Assembly: GCA_963752285.1 (NCBI GenBank)
Contig: CAVVXN010000005.1
Coordinates: 736,001 to 800,000, forward strand
DNA length: 64,000 nucleotides
Origin: an uncultured Planctomycetota bacterium
GTDB lineage: Bacteria > Planctomycetota > PLA2 > JAEUHO01
Reading direction: 5' to 3'
The position numbers were made by a program, and so were the translations under genes. Below the pieces are notes generated by a model, which worked only from the letters and a program-made list of their open reading frames with translations, was not told where the DNA came from and searched no databases. Positions 17,797 to 25,675 of the stretch are shown here, one piece after another; position 1 is the stretch's first letter, and each line of letters begins with the position of its first letter.

Positions 17797-18819
17797 ATGT
17801 CGAAGCATTCGTTCGTGGAGAGCGGGGGCATCCTCTTCGCCGTCGCGCTGGGTGTGCTCCTCTCCGGTTGCTGCAGCCCGTGCGGCGATCCCTGCGCGCC
17901 GGCGCCGTGCGCCGCGCCCTGCGCTACGCCTTGCGCGACGCCCTGCGCCACCCCGTGCGCGGGCGTGGTGCCGACCGACATCCCGCCCGAGGCCAAGCCC
18001 GGTGAGGCGTGGTGCCGGGTGTGGGTCCCGCCGACGTACGACAACGTCGAAGAGCAGGTCTGCGTGTGCCCGGCCTCGTGCGACCGCAAGTGGGTCGAGC
18101 CCGTGTACGAGGAGAGGACGAAGACCGTCTGCGTGAAGCCCGAGCAGAAGATCTGCGTACCCGAGCCTGCGGTCTACGAGACCCAGCAGGAGCAGGTCTG
18201 CGTGTGCCCGGAGCAGGTGGTCAAGCACCCCGTTCCGGCCGTCTACGAGACCGTGCAGGAGCAGGTGATGACGTGCCCCGCGCGCACCGAGTGGCGCCGC
18301 GTGGACTGCACGCCCGAGCAGCTCGCCGCGGGCGAGAAGCAGGGCGACTGCTGGATGCTCGTCGAGGTCCCGCCCGTGTACGAGAACCGCTGCAAGCAGG
18401 TCTGCACGCAGCCGGCGACGTGCACCGAGGAGACGATCCCGGCGAAGTACGAGACCCGTTGCAAGCAGGTCTGCACGAAGCCCGCCGCCACCCACCAGGA
18501 GACCGTCCCCGCGCAGTACGAGGAGGTCACCGAGCGCGTCTGCACGCAGCCTGGTTACTGGCAGGAGCTGCCGGTCGCCGCGAAGTACGAGACGCGCACG
18601 AAGCCCGTGTGCAAGGCCCCCGGCCACTGGGAGTGGCGCCGCAACCAGGCGTGTGAGGTCCCGCAGGGCCAGCCCGCCGCGGGGATGGCGCCCGCGCCGG
18701 CGACGCCGGAGGCCGCTCTGTCCGACACGGGTCCCGAGCCCGAGGCGGCTCCGGCGCCCGAGGCCGGTTCCGAGGAGCCCGCGGTGCCCGAGGACATGAT
18801 GGGTGGGGACGCCCACTAG
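17797..18819 (+). CDS. Cys/Pro-rich lipoprotein A: OmcA-like CxxP N-terminus plus eight 23-aa repeats
   Basis: AGGAGG RBS, lipobox LSG|C, CCSPCGDPCAPAPCAAPC(ATPC)3, PEAKPGEAWCRVWVP, repeats PAxYETxxxxVCxxPxxxxxxxV. 28 Cys in 340 aa by hand count. Confidence 0.9.
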   Translation: MSKHSFVESGGILFAVALGVLLSGCCSPCGDPCAPAPCAAPCATPCATPCATPCAGVVPTDIPPEAKPGEAWCRVWVPPTYDNVEEQVCVCPASCDRKWVEPVYEERTKTVCVKPEQKICVPEPAVYETQQEQVCVCPEQVVKHPVPAVYETVQEQVMTCPARTEWRRVDCTPEQLAAGEKQGDCWMLVEVPPVYENRCKQVCTQPATCTEETIPAKYETRCKQVCTKPAATHQETVPAQYEEVTERVCTQPGYWQELPVAAKYETRTKPVCKAPGHWEWRRNQACEVPQGQPAAGMAPAPATPEAALSDTGPEPEAAPAPEAGSEEPAVPEDMMGGDAH

Positions 18820-18831
18820 CCCGACGCCCTG

Positions 18832-18906
18832 CCTCGTGGGCGGGCTCGTCCCGCCCACGAGGTGAAGCGCTGCCGACGGCCCCCTCGCGGGGCCGTCGGT
18901 CGTTTC
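18832..18906 (+). terminator. Tandem hairpins / intrinsic terminator after lipoprotein A
   Basis: 13-bp stem CCTCGTGGGCGGG/CCCGCCCACGAGG (18832-18862), then an 11-bp stem CCGACGGCCCC/GGGGCCGTCGG (18873-18899) followed by TCGTTTC. Confidence 0.7.
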
Positions 18907-18933
18907 GGGGGGCCGTCGCGGTAGGGTGGGGGC

Positions 18934-20277
18934 GTGTCGCGCGCGCTCCTCGTCGGGACCCTGCTCCTCCTTCTCGGGGCGGCGCTCCGCGCCGGCGACG
19001 AGCCGCCGCGGGTCGAGGAAGCGCTCCAGAAGCGCATCAACGAGGCGATCGAGCGCGGCACCGGGTGGCTCGTCTCGAAGCAGCGCAAGCGCGACGGGTC
19101 GTACCCGGGACTCGCGGAGCCGATGCCGCCGGGGCACTTCGACGCGATGGACGTGGGGCTCGACGCCCTGGTCGTCCTGACCCTCGCGCACTCCGGCGTG
19201 GATCCCCACGACGACGCCATCCGGAAGTGCCTCGACTTCTGCCGCTTCGAGTACTCGGGCGGCAAGGGATCGTGGAACCTCAAGTCCAGCGGCAACCTGA
19301 TGGTCTACGTCGCGTCCACGCTCGTTCTCGCGCTCCTGGCCGTCCACGCGCCCGAGGCGCAGAACGTCGTCGCGAAGCGGGATCGGTACGGGGTGCCCGT
19401 GCCGCCCAAGCCCGTGCACTGCAAGCTCCCCTCCGCCGACCGGCACTGGATCGAGGAGCTGGTCGAGTTCCTGGTGAAGGCGCAGGTGAAGCCCGCCGGG
19501 GGGTGGCGGTACCCCGGCAACCCGGTGGACTCGGTCCCGGCCGACACCGACCTCTCCAACACGCAGTACGCGCTGCTCGCGCTCGAGGCGGCGGCTCGCT
19601 GCGGGATCGACGCGCCGGACGAGACCTGGAAGCTCGCCGCGGAGTACCTCCTCCGCGAGCAGGACGAGGACGGCCTCGAGGTCGAGCTCCTGGTGCCGAG
19701 CCCGACCTGGACGACGGGCAGCCCCGAGGCGGAGCGCTTCGTCGGCGGGGGGACGTGGAAGACGCGCGGGTGGTGCTACCTGCCCGGGCACCCCGCGCTC
19801 GCGACGGGCTCGATGACCTGCGCCGGCGTCACGGGCCTGGCGATGGTGAAGGAGCGGCTGTGGGCCCGTGGGCACCTGGACCCGGAGCTGTCCAAGCGGA
19901 TCGACCGCGGCCTGCTCGACGGCCTCGCGTGGCTGCAGGAGCACTTCACCGTCGAGGACAACCCGGACCCGCCGAACCAGTGGCACTACTACTACCTCTA
20001 CGGCCTGGAGCGCACGGGGGCCAAGACGGGCGTGGTCTGGATGGGGAGGCACGACTGGTACCGCGAGGGCGCGCTCCACCTCCTCGCGGCGCAGACGAAG
20101 GAAGGCGGGTGGCGGTCCGCGGTGGGGCAGGACCAGCCCGCGGACTCGAGCGAGTCGGAGATCACGCAGACCTGCTTCGCGCTCCTGTTCCTCGAGCGCG
20201 CGACGCAGCGTCCCCCGATCCCCCTCGTCCCGCCGGTGGTCACGGGCGGGGGAGAGGCGCCCGCGGAGGGGCGATAG
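18934..20277 (+). CDS. Exported prenyltransferase/squalene-oxidase-repeat (alpha/alpha barrel) protein
   Basis: Signal peptide, AI.RG..WL...Q..DGS, AQ....GGWRY, DLSNTQYA.LAL, GSMTCAG, YYYLYGLER.G, Q...GGW, T.FALLFL motifs. Confidence 0.85.
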   Translation: MSRALLVGTLLLLLGAALRAGDEPPRVEEALQKRINEAIERGTGWLVSKQRKRDGSYPGLAEPMPPGHFDAMDVGLDALVVLTLAHSGVDPHDDAIRKCLDFCRFEYSGGKGSWNLKSSGNLMVYVASTLVLALLAVHAPEAQNVVAKRDRYGVPVPPKPVHCKLPSADRHWIEELVEFLVKAQVKPAGGWRYPGNPVDSVPADTDLSNTQYALLALEAAARCGIDAPDETWKLAAEYLLREQDEDGLEVELLVPSPTWTTGSPEAERFVGGGTWKTRGWCYLPGHPALATGSMTCAGVTGLAMVKERLWARGHLDPELSKRIDRGLLDGLAWLQEHFTVEDNPDPPNQWHYYYLYGLERTGAKTGVVWMGRHDWYREGALHLLAAQTKEGGWRSAVGQDQPADSSESEITQTCFALLFLERATQRPPIPLVPPVVTGGGEAPAEGR

Positions 20278-20386
20278 CCCGGGAGCGCGGGGCGATCGGA
20301 CAAAACGGGCCCCGCATCCTCCGGTGAGGTGGGTGCGCTCCGTAGAATTCGCGTCGCAAGGGTCCGCCCACCTGGAGACCGAGCCC

Positions 20387-22444
20387 ATGTCGGATCGCCC
20401 CGAGCCCGAGAGCCCCGCTTCGAGATCCGCGGGCGACGACCTCGCCACCCGCTCGATCAACACGGTCCGGACGCTGGCGATGGACGCCGTCGAGCAGGCG
20501 AAGTCGGGGCACCCCGGCACGCCGATGGCCCTCGCGCCGCTCGCGTACGCGTTGTTCGCCAAGGTGCTCGCGTACGACCCCGGGCGGCCCGACTGGCCCG
20601 ATCGCGACCGCTTCGTCCTCTCGTGCGGGCACGCGAGCCTCCTGCTCTACTCGATGCTCTACCTCACGGGGTACGGGCTCGAGCTCGAGGAGATCGAGTC
20701 GTTTCGACAGTGGGGCTCGCGGACGCCGGGCCACCCCGAGCACGGCATCGCGCCGGGCATCGAGACGACGACGGGTCCGCTCGGGCAGGGTTTCGCGAAC
20801 GCGGTGGGGATGGCGCTCGCCGAGCGGATGCTCGCGGCGCGCTACAACCGTCCGGACCACGAGGTGATCGACCACCGTACGTGGGCCATCGCGAGCGACG
20901 GCGACCTGATGGAGGGGATCAGCCAGGAGGCGGCGAGCCTGGCCGGGCACCTCGGTCTCGCGAAGCTCTGCGTGTTCTACGACGACAACCACATCACGAT
21001 CGACGGCTCGACGGACCTCGCGTTCACGGAAGACGTCGAGACGCGATTCCTCGGGTACGGGTGGCGCGTGATCCGTCTCGGCGACACCGCCACGCCCGCC
21101 GACTACGTCGCCGCGGCGGAGCGCGCCCGGGCCGAAGCGGCGTGCCCGACGCTGGTGATCTGCCGCACGCACATCGGGTACGGCGCGCCCAACAAGCACG
21201 ACACGGCCGCCGCGCACGGCTCGCCGCTCGGAGCCGACGAGGTCCGCGCGGCGAAGAAGAACCTCGGCTGGCCCGAGGACGCGAAGTTTTTTGTCCCGCC
21301 CGACGTGCTCGAGCACATGCGCGAGCTCGGGCGTCGCGGCGCGAAGACCCGGGCGGCGTGGGAAGCACGGCGCGCCGCGCACCGCGACGCGCACCCCGAG
21401 CTGGCGGCGCAGCTCGACCGGGTGCTGGCGGGGCGCCTCCCCGTGTCCCTCGACGACGCCTGGCCGAGCTTCGAGGCGGGGCGGGCGGTGGCCACGCGAA
21501 AGCGATCGCACGCGGTGCTGAACGCGATCAAGGACGCGCTGCCCGAACTCGTCGGGGGGTCGGCGGACCTGACGGTCTCGAACGGTACGGAGCTCGCCGA
21601 CGCGGGGGCGGTCAGCGCGGACTCGTACGAGGGACGGAACCTCCACTTCGGCGTGCGCGAGCACGCGATGGGCGGGATCCTGAACGGGATGGCGCTCCAC
21701 GGCGGTCTCCGGCCGTACGGCGGGACGTTCCTCGTGTTCAGCGACTACATGCGGCCTTCGATCCGGCTCGCGGCGCTGATGGGTGTGAACGTCACGTACG
21801 TGTTCACGCACGACTCCATCGGGCTCGGTGAGGACGGCCCGACGCACCAGCCGATCGAGCAGCTCGCGGCCCTCCGCGCGATCCCCGACCTTCGCGTGAT
21901 CCGACCGGCCGACGGCGCGGAGACGACCGAGGCGTGGCGCGTGGCCGTCGAACGAGGCGGACCCACGGCGCTCGTACTCACGCGACAGAAGGTCCCCGAG
22001 CTCGCGCGGGGCGACGGCGCGCTCGCGTCGGCGTCGGGTCTCGCACGCGGCGCGTACGTCCTCAACCCGGAGGTCGAAGACCCCGAGGTCTCGTTCCTGG
22101 CGACCGGTTCCGAGGTGCAGCACGCGCTCGCCGCGGCGCGAATCCTGTCGGACGAGGGCGTCCGCGCGCGGGTCGTCTCGTTCCCGTGCTGGTCGCTCTT
22201 CGAGGAGCGGCCCCGTGAGGAGCAGGAGCGCGTTCTCGGCCCGGACGCCGTGCGCGTGGCCGTCGAGGCGGCCGCGTCGTTCGGGTGGCACCGATGGGTC
22301 GGGTCGCGCGGCGCGCTCGTTACGATCGACCGGTTCGGGGCGTCCGCGCCGGGCGATCGCATGATGCGGGAGATGGGGTTCACGGCGGAGAACGTGGCCC
22401 GCGTCGCGCGCGAGGCGCTCGCCGCCGCCCGCGCGCCGTCCTGA
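20387..22444 (+). CDS. tkt: Transketolase
   Basis: SGHPGTPM, RDRFVLSCGH, TTGPLGQG, SDGDLMEG...DDN TPP motif, FGVREHAM, THDSIGLGEDGPTHQP. Confidence 0.98.
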   Translation: MSDRPEPESPASRSAGDDLATRSINTVRTLAMDAVEQAKSGHPGTPMALAPLAYALFAKVLAYDPGRPDWPDRDRFVLSCGHASLLLYSMLYLTGYGLELEEIESFRQWGSRTPGHPEHGIAPGIETTTGPLGQGFANAVGMALAERMLAARYNRPDHEVIDHRTWAIASDGDLMEGISQEAASLAGHLGLAKLCVFYDDNHITIDGSTDLAFTEDVETRFLGYGWRVIRLGDTATPADYVAAAERARAEAACPTLVICRTHIGYGAPNKHDTAAAHGSPLGADEVRAAKKNLGWPEDAKFFVPPDVLEHMRELGRRGAKTRAAWEARRAAHRDAHPELAAQLDRVLAGRLPVSLDDAWPSFEAGRAVATRKRSHAVLNAIKDALPELVGGSADLTVSNGTELADAGAVSADSYEGRNLHFGVREHAMGGILNGMALHGGLRPYGGTFLVFSDYMRPSIRLAALMGVNVTYVFTHDSIGLGEDGPTHQPIEQLAALRAIPDLRVIRPADGAETTEAWRVAVERGGPTALVLTRQKVPELARGDGALASASGLARGAYVLNPEVEDPEVSFLATGSEVQHALAAARILSDEGVRARVVSFPCWSLFEERPREEQERVLGPDAVRVAVEAAASFGWHRWVGSRGALVTIDRFGASAPGDRMMREMGFTAENVARVAREALAAARAPS

Positions 22445-22519
22445 GCGCGGCGCCCGACCGCGCGCGGGGGCGGGCCCCCCTCGTACGTAGAATCGCCCGC
22501 TTCATCGTGGGGAGTCGCC

Positions 22520-23380
22520 ATGTCGTCCACTCGTTCGTCGGTAGCGAGGATGCTCGCCCTGAAGGCGTCCGTCGTGTTCGCGCTCGCCCTCTTCGCCGCG
22601 GCGCCCTCGGCGCGGGCGTCGGGCTACGACCTGAACGGCCGTCTCGCGCCGGAGCTCACGTTTCCCGACGGGATGAACGGGATCTCCCGGAGCACGTCGC
22701 TCTCGTCGTACCGCGGGCGGGTCGTCTACCTGAAGTTCGTGCTCCGGGACTGCCCGATCTGTCGCGGCGAGCTCCCGCGCGTCCAGGACCTCTACGAGCG
22801 GTGGGGCGGCAGCGGGTTGGCGGTCGTGGTCGTCGTCCACCAGTACCGCCCCGCCGAGATCCAGCCGTTCCTCGATCAGTTCGGCTACTCGTTCCCCATC
22901 GGGTGCGACCTCGACGGCTCCCTGGCGCAGCGGTACGGCGTGGGACACCGTCCGGCCGACTACCTGATCGGCGTGGACGGCCGCGTGAAGGCGAGCAACG
23001 CGGTCTCGGACGCGGAGATCCGGACCGAGCTCGCGCACTACCGCATGGCCCGGATCGGGGAGGTGCCGCCCGAGCTCGACGCCTTGAAGGACGCCGTGTG
23101 GCGCTGGGACTACGGGACCGCGCTCCGGGCCGGGGAGCCCGTGGCCGAGCGGCCGGAGGCGTCCGCGTCGGTGAAACAGGTGGTCGAGCGGACGCGGGCG
23201 CTCGCGAAGGAGGAGCTCGACGCGAGGGTTGCGTACGCCGACGTGCTCGTCCGACGCGGCCGGACCGAGGTCGCGAGGACCTTCTACGAGCGGGTGGTGG
23301 ACTACTACAAGGGAACCAGCCTGGAGACCCCCGCCGCGGACGCGAGAGCGCGCTTCCTCGCGTCGCTGGGGACGCGATGA
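22520..23380 (+). CDS. Exported TlpA/redoxin-family thiol-disulfide oxidoreductase with helical C-terminal extension
   Basis: Signal peptide ending ARA, APEL.F.D, SLSSYRGRVVYLKF...CPIC (CxxC), YGV..RP..YLIG.DGRV. Confidence 0.85.
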   Translation: MSSTRSSVARMLALKASVVFALALFAAAPSARASGYDLNGRLAPELTFPDGMNGISRSTSLSSYRGRVVYLKFVLRDCPICRGELPRVQDLYERWGGSGLAVVVVVHQYRPAEIQPFLDQFGYSFPIGCDLDGSLAQRYGVGHRPADYLIGVDGRVKASNAVSDAEIRTELAHYRMARIGEVPPELDALKDAVWRWDYGTALRAGEPVAERPEASASVKQVVERTRALAKEELDARVAYADVLVRRGRTEVARTFYERVVDYYKGTSLETPAADARARFLASLGTR

Positions 23381-23569
23381 CGGAGCGGTGACCCGACGCT
23401 CCCGGCCGAGAGGGCAGTACGCCCCGAACGCCCCTTTCGAGGCCATCTTCCCTGCCCTCTCGTGAACCGGTCGCGAGGCCGATCGGGAGGGGGACGGTAT
23501 GCTCACGCACGAGGAGCCGGCGAGGGCCGGGCGTCGTCGCCCGACCGGCTCCGACCAGGGAGGAGGTCC

Positions 23570-24742
23570 ATGGTGACCAGGACCACGCTCGAGACATCGT
23601 CGATCGACCGCGTCGCGGGCCGGAGCCGGCGCGCGTGGCCGCTCGCGCTCGTCGTGCTCGCGCTCGTCGCGACGGGCTGCGCCACGGGCCACGCGATGGC
23701 GCCGGCGCCGATGGCCGCTCCCGCGACGGCCGCGCTGCCCCCGCCCACGGACCGACCGCCGGAGGCCAAGCCGGGCGAGGCGTGGTGTCGCGTGTGGGTG
23801 CCCGGCGAGATGGGCGTGATCCAGGAGACCGTGTGCGTGAAGCCGCCGTGCAAGCACACGGTGACGATCCCGGCCAAGTACGGCAGGCGCCCGAAGCTCG
23901 TCTGCGTCGCCGAGGCGCAGCTCGGCGAGCGCGATACGCCCGCCCGGTGGGCGACGAAGAAGCGTCCCGTGATGGTCTGCCCGCCGCGGGAAGAGCTCCG
24001 CCGCGTGGACTGCCCCCCCGCCGACCTCGCGCCGGGCGAGGTGCAGTGCGAGTGCTGGACGAAGGTCCAGCACCCGGCCGTCTGGGGTGAGGAGGACTGC
24101 CCCGTCTGCGTGTCGCCGGAGCGGACCTGCCTCGAGTACAAGCCCGCCGAGTACAAGGTCGTCCAAGAGCGCTTCCTGCTCGAGCCGGCGCACACCGAGG
24201 AGGTGTGCGAGCCGGCGGTGTTCACGACGCGGTGCCGCCAGGCCCCGAGGTGCGGGGGCCACTGGGAGTGGCGCCGAAACGTCGCGTGCGAGGTCCCGAC
24301 CGAGACGGCGACCGCCCCTCCGATGCCCGCTCCCGCGCCGGTACGGCTCAAGGCGTTGCAGGTGGAGATGCAGGACCGCGCGGAGTCCGGCGCGGAGGCC
24401 GGGCAGTTCTCCGTGGGCGACATCGTGCGCTACGACCTCGTCGTCGCGAACGACGAGGGCTCGGAGGGACTGGACGGCCTGAAGGTCGACTTCGCGTTGC
24501 CGCCCGAGCTCGAGTTCGTGAAGGGCGGCGGCTACGGCGTGACCGTCAGCGGCTCGGGTCAGCAGGCGACCTCCGCGAGCTTCGACGTTCCCGTCGGCCA
24601 GTCCGTGACGATCTCCGTGGAGTGCCGCGTCCTGTCGGCGCCGCCTTCCAGCCTCGTCCAGACGAAGGCGACCGTGCGCGACGCCACGGGCACCGAGCTG
24701 GCCGAGGAGACGGAGAGCACGACCCTCAAGCCGAAGCAGTGA
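23570..24742 (+). CDS. Cys-rich lipoprotein B: paralog of A (six 23-aa repeats) plus C-terminal DUF11/OmcB-like domain
   Basis: AGGAGG RBS, lipobox ATG|C. Shares PPEAKPGEAWCRVWVP, RRVDC and GHWEWRRN.ACEVP with gene A. C-terminal VGD.VRY.L.V.N....L.V...LP.ELEFV (DUF11-like) ending ETESTTL. Confidence 0.88.
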   Translation: MVTRTTLETSSIDRVAGRSRRAWPLALVVLALVATGCATGHAMAPAPMAAPATAALPPPTDRPPEAKPGEAWCRVWVPGEMGVIQETVCVKPPCKHTVTIPAKYGRRPKLVCVAEAQLGERDTPARWATKKRPVMVCPPREELRRVDCPPADLAPGEVQCECWTKVQHPAVWGEEDCPVCVSPERTCLEYKPAEYKVVQERFLLEPAHTEEVCEPAVFTTRCRQAPRCGGHWEWRRNVACEVPTETATAPPMPAPAPVRLKALQVEMQDRAESGAEAGQFSVGDIVRYDLVVANDEGSEGLDGLKVDFALPPELEFVKGGGYGVTVSGSGQQATSASFDVPVGQSVTISVECRVLSAPPSSLVQTKATVRDATGTELAEETESTTLKPKQ

Positions 24743-25551
24743 GCGGCGCCGGCGGGGGGGCGCGTCGTCGCGCGGTCCTCGTCGCGTCGGTCCTCCTCGC
24801 GGGCGCGGGGTCCGCGTGCGTACCGCTTCGGACGGGCCCGCGCGGGGGTGCCGCCAGGCGCGTTCTCCCCGCGGCCGTGATCCTGCCCGTGCGCGGGCAC
24901 GCGCAGCGTCACGCCCTCTCCTGCGAGTCCCGGTCGGCGGTGGACCTCCTCGCCGCGTACGGGATCGAGGTCGAGGAGGACAGCTTCCTCGAAGGGCTGC
25001 CTCGTTCGGAGAACCCGGAGCGCGGCTTCGTCGGCGACGTGGACGGCCCGGCCGGTCGCCTCCCGCCCGACGGCTACGGGGTGTACGAGGGACCGATCGC
25101 GCAACGGATCCGGTACTTCGGTCTCGAGGCGGAGGCGGTGCGTGGCCGCGACCTCGACTGGCTCCGCGGCCGGCTGGCGGAGGGCCGTCCGTCGATCGTC
25201 TGGGCGACGGCCGGGCTCGAGCCCGCGACGCCGAGGCGCCTCCAGACCTCGTACGGCGAGACGTTCACGGCGGTCTTGTACGAGCACACCTACCTGCTCG
25301 TCGGGTACCGGCGCGGCTCGGTCCTGCTCGTGGACGCGGGCACCGGCGAGCGGACCGAGGAGGACGAGGCAAGGTTCGAAGGGGCGTGGGCCGCTCTGGG
25401 CCGTCGCGCCGTCGTGCCGCGCGACCCGCTCGGGACGCCGCGTTCGGTGGGCTCCGAACGTCGATCCCGGAGGACGCCTTGTGCATTGGATCGACATGCG
25501 GCACCATGCGCGACATGTTCGGGCGGTCGGGAGGATGCCCAAAACCCCTGA
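24739..25551 (+). CDS. C39-like papain-fold cysteine peptidase (C39_2/YvpB-like), probably exported
   Basis: GTGA overlap with lipoprotein B. Q....SCE (catalytic Cys), NPERGFVG, GYGVY, G.P.IVW, EHTYLLVGY (His), LVD (Asp). Hydrophobic N-terminus ending SAC. Confidence 0.88.
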   Translation: MSGAGGGARRRAVLVASVLLAGAGSACVPLRTGPRGGAARRVLPAAVILPVRGHAQRHALSCESRSAVDLLAAYGIEVEEDSFLEGLPRSENPERGFVGDVDGPAGRLPPDGYGVYEGPIAQRIRYFGLEAEAVRGRDLDWLRGRLAEGRPSIVWATAGLEPATPRRLQTSYGETFTAVLYEHTYLLVGYRRGSVLLVDAGTGERTEEDEARFEGAWAALGRRAVVPRDPLGTPRSVGSERRSRRTPCALDRHAAPCATCSGGREDAQNP

Positions 25552-25593
25552 TGCGCGGGGTTCGGGCGGACCCGCCTCCCCGGGGCCGGGCCG

Positions 25594-25608
25594 TGGCACC
25601 CGTCGTGC
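25594..25608 (+). promoter_or_regulatory. Putative sigma54 (-24/-12) promoter
   Basis: TGGCAC-CCGTC-GTGC with exact GG-N10-GC spacing, intergenic, 67 nt before ATG 25676. Confidence 0.6.
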
Positions 25609-25675
25609 GACCGCCCCTGGCGAAGGCGAGCCACGCCGAGATCGTCGGCAGGCCGCCCTGGACGCGGAGGGATCC

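Noticed and set aside
17869..18660. Periodic DNA repeats as a possible CRISPR array or non-coding repeat
   Set aside because: The repeats are degenerate at third codon positions and in frame (12-nt and 69-nt periods), so they are protein repeats. No cas genes are present.
17797..25551. Cys-rich ORFs as RiPP precursors with a C39 leader peptidase
   Set aside because: The proteins are 340-390 aa lipoproteins without a double-glycine leader, and no adjacent modifying enzyme exists. The radical SAM gene is over 20 kb away and belongs to the SPL-like family.
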